DNA of 61,061 nt, the filler included. It is 8 parts of 8 records of this genome, joined end to end, with 100 filler letters (N's around TTAATTAATTAA, not from the genome) between each part and the next. Parts side by side here need not be neighbours in the genome. Positions count along the whole stretch, not along the records: positions 55,546 to 61,061 come from SRR31147125_22174; 7 more parts are not named here. The stretch is one strand, 5' to 3'. Below, one piece after another: positions 55,643 through 61,061 of the stretch. The notes beneath the pieces were generated by a model, which saw only the letters and a program-made list of their open reading frames with translations, made no database searches and was not told the origin of the DNA. Position numbers and translations under genes: made by a program. Every line of letters starts with the position of its first letter. The stretch's first letter is position 1.

Positions 55643-57112
55643 ATGAGCATTCCCCGTCGTTTATTTCTCAAACAAATCGGATTATCCTCTCTTGCTCTTT
55701 CCTTAGGTGCCTGTCAGGTTAAAAAAACACAAAAACCGAATATAATCTTTATCATGGCGGATGATCTGGGATACGGTCATGTGGGGTGTTACGGTCAAAA
55801 GATCATAAAGACACCCCATATCGACAAACTGGCACAGGAGGGCAGGAAATTCACCCAGGCCTATTCCGGCTGCTGTGTGTGTGCGCCGGCCAGATCCACT
55901 TTGATGACCGGGTTACACGCAGGTCATACCAGTGTGCGCGGTAATGGTGGTGGCGTGTCGCTGCAACCTGAAGATGTGACAGTAGCACAGATCCTTAAAA
56001 AAGCAGGGTATACAACCGGTTTGTTTGGCAAATGGGGACTTGGAGAAGCTGGCACCGTCGGTGTGCCCAATAAAAAAGGATTCGATGAATTTTTCGGCTA
56101 TTTGCATCAGTTGCACGCCCAGTTTTATTATCCCGAGTTTCTGTGGCATAATGAGGAAAAATTTAAGATTCCTGAAAATGCCAACATGGCCAATAAGGTC
56201 TATTCCCATGATCTGATAATGGATCGGGCACTGGATTTTGTGCGCGACAACAAAAACAATCCTTTTTTTCTCTATTTGCCAGTGGCTATTCCTCACCATG
56301 AGTTTGTTGCGCCTGAAGAGACATTGAAAATGTACAGTGGTAAATTTAAAGAGAATCCCATTCCCCATTGGCGCGATGGTTATGCCCTGCCAAAAGAACC
56401 CAAAGCCACCATGGCTGCCATGATTACGCATATGGACAAAGGTGTCGGAAAGCTCATGGAATTGCTCAAAAAGCTTAATCTGGATAACAATACTATTGTG
56501 ATATTCACTTCCGACAATGGACCTGCTGATGGCCCTCTTGAAAATGTCGAATTCTTTGACGCCAACGGGCCTCTCCGTGGCGCGAAAAGGTATTTATATG
56601 AAGGTGGTCTGCGTGTGCCGTTTATCGTGCGCTGGCCCGGTAAAGTAAAACAGGCCAGTGTTTGTCATAACTTGACCTATTTTCCGGATATGATGCCCAC
56701 TTTTCTGGAACTGGCCGGGGCTCAGCATCTGATCCCAAAAAACATCGATGGGCTGTCCATTGTTCCCAGCATCCTGCAAAAGGGTGAACAGCAAGAACAT
56801 GATTATCTTTACTGGGAAGATTCCGATTATGAACGCACTGCTTCTTATGGTCTTAAACCCGGAAGCCTGCAACAGGCTGTGCGACTAGGGGATTGGAAGG
56901 CCGTCAAAAATAGCCCGGATGCGGATATCGAGTTGTACAACCTATTGGAAGATCTGGGTGAAGAAAACAATGTGGCCGCGCAACACCCGGATGTTGTGAC
57001 GAAAATAAAAGAGATCATGGCAGCCTCTCATAAAGACGCTCCACCCCAGGTGGACATGACCGCGGAAAAGGCGAGGAGGTTGTATGTGCCGGGATTTACC
57101 AGCAGGCAGTAG
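55643..57112 (+). CDS. arylsulfatase (S1, Cys-type) with Tat-like lipoprotein leader
   Basis: MSIPRRLFLK...LGAC, MADDLG, CAPAR, GKWGLG, SDNG, LYEGGLRVP. Confidence 0.93.
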   Translation: MSIPRRLFLKQIGLSSLALSLGACQVKKTQKPNIIFIMADDLGYGHVGCYGQKIIKTPHIDKLAQEGRKFTQAYSGCCVCAPARSTLMTGLHAGHTSVRGNGGGVSLQPEDVTVAQILKKAGYTTGLFGKWGLGEAGTVGVPNKKGFDEFFGYLHQLHAQFYYPEFLWHNEEKFKIPENANMANKVYSHDLIMDRALDFVRDNKNNPFFLYLPVAIPHHEFVAPEETLKMYSGKFKENPIPHWRDGYALPKEPKATMAAMITHMDKGVGKLMELLKKLNLDNNTIVIFTSDNGPADGPLENVEFFDANGPLRGAKRYLYEGGLRVPFIVRWPGKVKQASVCHNLTYFPDMMPTFLELAGAQHLIPKNIDGLSIVPSILQKGEQQEHDYLYWEDSDYERTASYGLKPGSLQQAVRLGDWKAVKNSPDADIELYNLLEDLGEENNVAAQHPDVVTKIKEIMAASHKDAPPQVDMTAEKARRLYVPGFTSRQ

Positions 57113-57132
57113 GCAGTGGGCAGTTGGCAGTG
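57105..57132 (+). repeat. heptamer tandem repeat (GGCAGTN)x4
   Basis: GGCAGTA GGCAGTG GGCAGTT GGCAGTG spanning the stop codon. Confidence 0.75.
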
Positions 57133-57266
57133 GCTGGATTGGACTTCCGAAGGTTTTAAAAGACACAAGGCTTTTAAAAATATTGATACCGTTATTTTCC
57201 TGATGGCTATAAACAATTAGGACCTTCGGAAGGTTTTTGAACTGAAAGGGCGTTACGGTTTTCCTT

Positions 57267-57325
57267 AAAAAACAAAAGGCTCCCGGGTAGTCCCGAAGCC
57301 TTTTGCCGATTGGGTAGTCCCAATC
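57267..57325 (-). ncRNA. candidate small RNA / twin hairpin ending in a terminator
   Basis: Two hairpins capped by identical GGGACTACCC; the second is followed by a T-tract on the minus strand. Confidence 0.4.
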
Positions 57326-58078
57326 CAAAATACTTTACTAAAATTGTCTCATATAATGAACGAATGCAAGTAAAAAATGTTCCAAAAGAGTTTTCTTTTT
57401 GCATCTGAAATTCAAAAGGGGTTCACATGAGCGGGGAATTTTCGAAAGACTGATTGGTTCAGGAAGAAAAAGCATACTATTTTCGCAATGGCCATGGTTG
57501 TAAGCCGATTTATGTTCTTCTTAGCAACATTTCTGGTCAAAAAGGGCTACCTAATAAGATAGTGATCATGCCTGAAATTTAGAAAAATAAATGAAAAGTT
57601 GCAATCCGGACGGGTGCACGGTCACTGTTGGCGGCCAGTAAAATGTTGATGAGTGGAGATAAAAAGGTTTGAAAATAGTTTTCACATTGGAATTTATATG
57701 AAATAAGAATTTTTAAATTCTCCTATTTGATTCCAAGGGGATTTATCACCTTTTGTTTCAATTCCCCCATAAAACAGAAACGCCCCGGCAAAACCGAGGC
57801 GTCAGGCTAACGATACTATCATTAGCGCTGTTAATAACAAAAAGTTAAAAAATGTCATTAACATGTCAATGATATTATTACAATGGAATATCAATATATC
57901 CGATTTTTGGTCTTTCCTAAATTTATTGTTTAAAAATAAAAACTCCCCAATAATGATCCTTGCGAATAACCGCTGAATTGATTATCTTTGCACAATTTCA
58001 AAATAAAATAATAATGTCATACAGTTCATCGACTTTTAAGAAAAAAATATTTTAACAGGTGTGAGGTGGCGCAGGATT

Positions 58079-58845
58079 ATGAAAAGAGTCAGAAATATAC
58101 AAAAGCATTCATATGAAAGCCGAATAGAGAGTAAAAAAAGAAAACAAAAGAACCACGATTCGACAAGATCCTGTGGCGCATTAATGGCCTGATATTTTTG
58201 GGATTGGCCGTTATGGCGGCTTTGGTTTTGGGTTATTTTAGTTATAATATCCTCAAAGAAAAACTCAGTCAGCGACATGTGGGCAATGTTGTGAATGTCA
58301 ATTCGGAGACACAAAAGAAAGAATTGATTCATCTGGGATCTTTTAACCGTATTCAGGACAGAGAGTATTTTATTTGTCCGCTATATGGGGAACAGAGCTA
58401 TAACCGCTCCTATTATAAAAAGTCCGCTTCCTCTATAAGAAATTATCTTTTTTATCATTCCGGCACCAGTCAGAGTCACTGGTTACTGCCGTCAAACGAT
58501 TGGCTGATCTCGGAGAAAAGAGAGATCAATGAAAGTCCGGCCAAAGAATCCCACACACCGGTAAACGCTTTTGTTTATCAGATCATAGAACGAGACAGCA
58601 ATGGTGACGGTCTTCTCAATCGTGATGACCGGGTATCGGTATATATCAGTGACTATAAGGGCCAGGATCTTAAACGAGTGTTACCTGACGCGAATGACAT
58701 TTTCGGTGTGGAACAGGTTGATGCCAGATCGATTGTTATTTTTTACAGTAAAGGGGATAAGAGTTTTGCGCATACGATCGATTATCGGTCCGGCACTATT
58801 TTGAATCATGTGGATTTGCCGGTAGCAGTTGGCAGTTTGCAGTAG
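58079..58845 (+). CDS. membrane-anchored hypothetical protein with EF-hand-like DxNGDG motif; probable frameshift in A-run 58133-58139
   Basis: Frame upstream of the listed ORF reads FDKILWRINGLIF; DSNGDGLLNRDD; AGGA RBS before ATG 58079. Confidence 0.65.
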
Positions 58846-58914
58846 GCAGCGGGCAAATACCAGTCAGCAGTAGGCGGTTGGCAGTAAGCAGTGGACAGTT
58901 GGCAGTGGACAAAT
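58824..58914 (+). repeat. degenerate heptamer tandem repeat (GGCAGTN), 13 units
   Basis: Strict 7-nt phase from AGCAGTT to GACAAAT, spanning the stop codon. Confidence 0.75.
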
Positions 58915-59073
58915 TCATGGGATCGTTATTTTATCAGAGGTAATCTATTGGTCAGATTAGGAAACCGCTGACAGAGATGAGTTTAGTATGGAATAGTTGC
59001 TGAAAATCCCGGGGAAAAAATAACTTGAATATTGAAAAATTCCTTGATTTTTATAAGTAATGTATTGAAATTA

Positions 59074-59108
59074 TATACGAACGTATAAAAATGTTATACG
59101 AATGTATG
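59074..59108 (+). promoter_or_regulatory. tandem palindromic operator upstream of MNT-HEPN
   Basis: TATACGAACGTATA and TATACGAATGTATG, 21 bp apart. Confidence 0.55.
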
Positions 59109-59129
59109 TATAATTAATACGGTGTTGCT

Positions 59130-59759
59130 ATGCTCAAAAATTTGTTCACGTCGCAGGTTCGTATCGAGTTGTTGAATATTTTGTTTTTATTTCAAGATGA
59201 AGAGTTTTATCTCCGGCAGTTAGCGCAAAAGATAAAGAGTTCGCCACGATCTGTAAATCTGGAATTACGTAATTTGGAATCTATAAATCTGGTTTCTAAA
59301 AGAGTTTCCGGTAAGCAGCATTATTACAGAATAAATCAGCAACATCCGCTGTTTTGTGATTTGAGGAATATTTTTCTCAAAACCACGGGGCTAACATATG
59401 TAATAGCAGATTTTTTCACATCTATATCAGAAAACCTTGATTTCGTTTTCGTATACGGTTCCATGGCTGATGGTACTTTTCATTCAAACAGTGATGTAGA
59501 TTTAATGATTATAGGAAATATTACATCGCGGCAGATCGCTTCTAATATTACAGAACTTTGTCAAAAACTGGGCAGAGAAGTGAATTACTCTGTATTCCCG
59601 TTAACTGAAGCAAATACAAGGATAAAAAACAAAGATCATTTTTTCCTGTCTCTGTTGAAAAGTAAGAAAATATTCATTATAGGGGGTGAATATGAGTTTG
59701 GAAGATCGGTTGAAGAATGGCTGGCTGAAGACTCACCAGACAAGTCAAAGCGAAATTAA
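59130..59759 (+). CDS. winged-HTH plus minimal nucleotidyltransferase (MNT antitoxin-like)
   Basis: N-terminal wHTH; VYGSMA...SDVDLMII. Confidence 0.88.
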   Translation: MLKNLFTSQVRIELLNILFLFQDEEFYLRQLAQKIKSSPRSVNLELRNLESINLVSKRVSGKQHYYRINQQHPLFCDLRNIFLKTTGLTYVIADFFTSISENLDFVFVYGSMADGTFHSNSDVDLMIIGNITSRQIASNITELCQKLGREVNYSVFPLTEANTRIKNKDHFFLSLLKSKKIFIIGGEYEFGRSVEEWLAEDSPDKSKRN

Positions 59760-60144
59760 AAAGTTATTGAATATCATCGAGAGGGATTTAGCGGATTGTC
59801 AGTTTGATTCGGTGTCAGAGGATTGGCGATTTGCCATGGCCTATAATGCAGCCCGCCAGTGCTGTACTGTTGCATTATTCTGTCGAGGTTATAGAGTATT
59901 AAGGGGACAAAGCGAGCACTTTCGCGTCATCGCAAGTTTGACTCTCACTATGGGTGAATCTTTTAAAGAAACTCGGGATTATCTACAGGTATGCCGTAAT
60001 AAAAGAAATATCAGTGACTATGATGCTGCTGGCGCTATTTCTGGTGCTGAAGTCAGGGAATTGATTGAGACGACGCAGTCACTATATCAGGATTTGAAAA
60101 TATGGTTAAGCGAAAAATTTCCGGAATATCTTTACGCTGGATAA
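59692..60144 (+). CDS. HEPN domain protein
   Basis: AYNAAR, RNKRNISDY; overlaps the MNT gene. Confidence 0.82.
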   Translation: MSLEDRLKNGWLKTHQTSQSEIKKLLNIIERDLADCQFDSVSEDWRFAMAYNAARQCCTVALFCRGYRVLRGQSEHFRVIASLTLTMGESFKETRDYLQVCRNKRNISDYDAAGAISGAEVRELIETTQSLYQDLKIWLSEKFPEYLYAG

Positions 60145-60182
60145 AACCTGTTTTTCATTTAATAATTGGATATAACTGGTAA

Positions 60183-60239
60183 ATTAGTCAACCAAATTTA
60201 GTTGACAAAGCCCATGTCAATTAAATTTGGTTGACTAAT
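60183..60239. repeat. 25-bp inverted repeat with internally palindromic arms
   Basis: ATTAGTCAACCAAATTTAGTTGACA / TGTCAATTAAATTTGGTTGACTAAT, 1 mismatch, 7-nt loop. Confidence 0.8.
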
Positions 60240-60545
60240 AGTTTGTACAAACATCAATATACTTTATAAATTTCGATCTTGGGGTAAACAAATAACAATA
60301 AATAAGTATTGTAAAATGTAATAACATGCTAAATATGTTGTATCATTTTAATCATTCTCATATTTCCATGATAAATATATCGGCCAGAAAATTGGTATCG
60401 CAATGCTGTAGATTAAAAATTTTCCACTTGTTTTCCAGGGTACAACACTTATATTCTATAAAAGTAACCTTTCACTTCTTTTCCCTTAAATATACAACGT
60501 TCAAATACTAACCTCTTGTTCATCTACATAAGGAGTTACATCGAC

Positions 60546-61061
60546 ATGCGCCATGCCTATAATATGAAATACATCTGGGCCATATCCTTAACCGCTGCTA
60601 TGGGGGGATTGTTATTTGGTTATGACTGGGTTGTCATTGGCGGTGCCAAGGCGTTTTATGAAGAGTTTTTCCATCTGACCACATCTTTTCAGATCGGCTG
60701 GGCTATGAGTAGTGCCCTGATCGGCTGTCTGTTCGGTTCAGTCCTGTCCGGTGGATTCAGTGACCGTTTTGGTCGAAAACGCTTGCTTATCTTTGCAGGA
60801 TTACTTTTTACTGTCTCGGCTATTGGCACGGCTTTGTCTAATACATTTGATGTTTTTATCCTTTTTCGTCTGCTCGGTGGCGTGGGTATCGGTCTGGCTT
60901 CCAACCTGTCGCCCATGTACATTGCCGAGGTATCGCCGGCAGCCATGCGCGGTCGGTTCGTCTCCATCAACCAGCTCACCATTGTGATCGGAATATTAGC
61001 AGCACAGATTGTCAACTGGCTCATCGCCCGTCCTGTACCGGAGGGAGCCACCAGTGAGTTC
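60546..61061 (+). CDS. sugar porter family MFS transporter (XylE-like), runs off window end
   Basis: AAGGAG RBS; GGLLFGYD, SDRFGRK, PMYIAEVSP, RGRFVSINQL. Confidence 0.92.
   Translation, partial: MRHAYNMKYIWAISLTAAMGGLLFGYDWVVIGGAKAFYEEFFHLTTSFQIGWAMSSALIGCLFGSVLSGGFSDRFGRKRLLIFAGLLFTVSAIGTALSNTFDVFILFRLLGGVGIGLASNLSPMYIAEVSPAAMRGRFVSINQLTIVIGILAAQIVNWLIARPVPEGATSEF

Noticed and set aside
57427-57582. Short ORF MSGEFSKD*LVQ... with an in-frame TGA (selenoprotein or HsdR-like remnant)
   Set aside because: Too short, with no SECIS-like hairpin or redox motif seen; the resemblance covers only about 10 residues.
59082-59102. loxP-like CGTATA...TATACGAA
   Set aside because: The spacer is 7 nt rather than 8 and the outer arms do not match; the tandem operator explains it better.
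60689-61051. Minus-strand 120-aa ORF in the track
   Set aside because: It is antisense to a clear sugar porter gene on the + strand.

Overview
The window is not one locus. It is eight unrelated contigs joined by 100-bp N/TTAATTAATTAA linkers, with different GC content and gene repertoires, so it looks like a concatenated metagenome. Many genes carry 1-base homopolymer frameshifts that are probably sequencing errors. The contigs are: (1) 1-10263, a Bacteroidetes-type PUL (ECF sigma, FecR, SusC, SusD, sulfatase, esterase); (2) 10364-23074, Desulfobacterota-like (partial tRNA-Met, zinc-ribbon/DUF3426-type protein, hpt, dnaJ-like, mnmG, radical SAM, apbE, rnfGEA and an RnfB-GltD-like fusion); (3) 23175-30682, glycan hydrolases and esterases (GH89, SGNH, alpha/beta hydrolase) plus a YARHG protein; (4) 30783-36221, low-GC Firmicutes-like (gpx, SPFH, eno, Cna-type surface protein); (5) 36322-44910, a sigma54-controlled flagellar flgBC-fliEFG cluster whose kinase lacks its phospho-His; (6) 45011-50050, queF, a lipoprotein and an AAA+/vWA pair; (7) 50151-55445, a ribose operon (rbsKDA); (8) 55546-61061, an arylsulfatase, an MNT-HEPN pair and a sugar porter. 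The best candidate for an undescribed system is contig 7. A catalytically degenerate RbsA-like ABC ATPase domain is joined (probably fused) to a GAF-HisKA_2 kinase, followed by an ANTAR response regulator. A dual-hairpin ANTAR antiterminator lies directly upstream of rbsKDA. This suggests transporter-coupled sensing with RNA antitermination control of ribose uptake.
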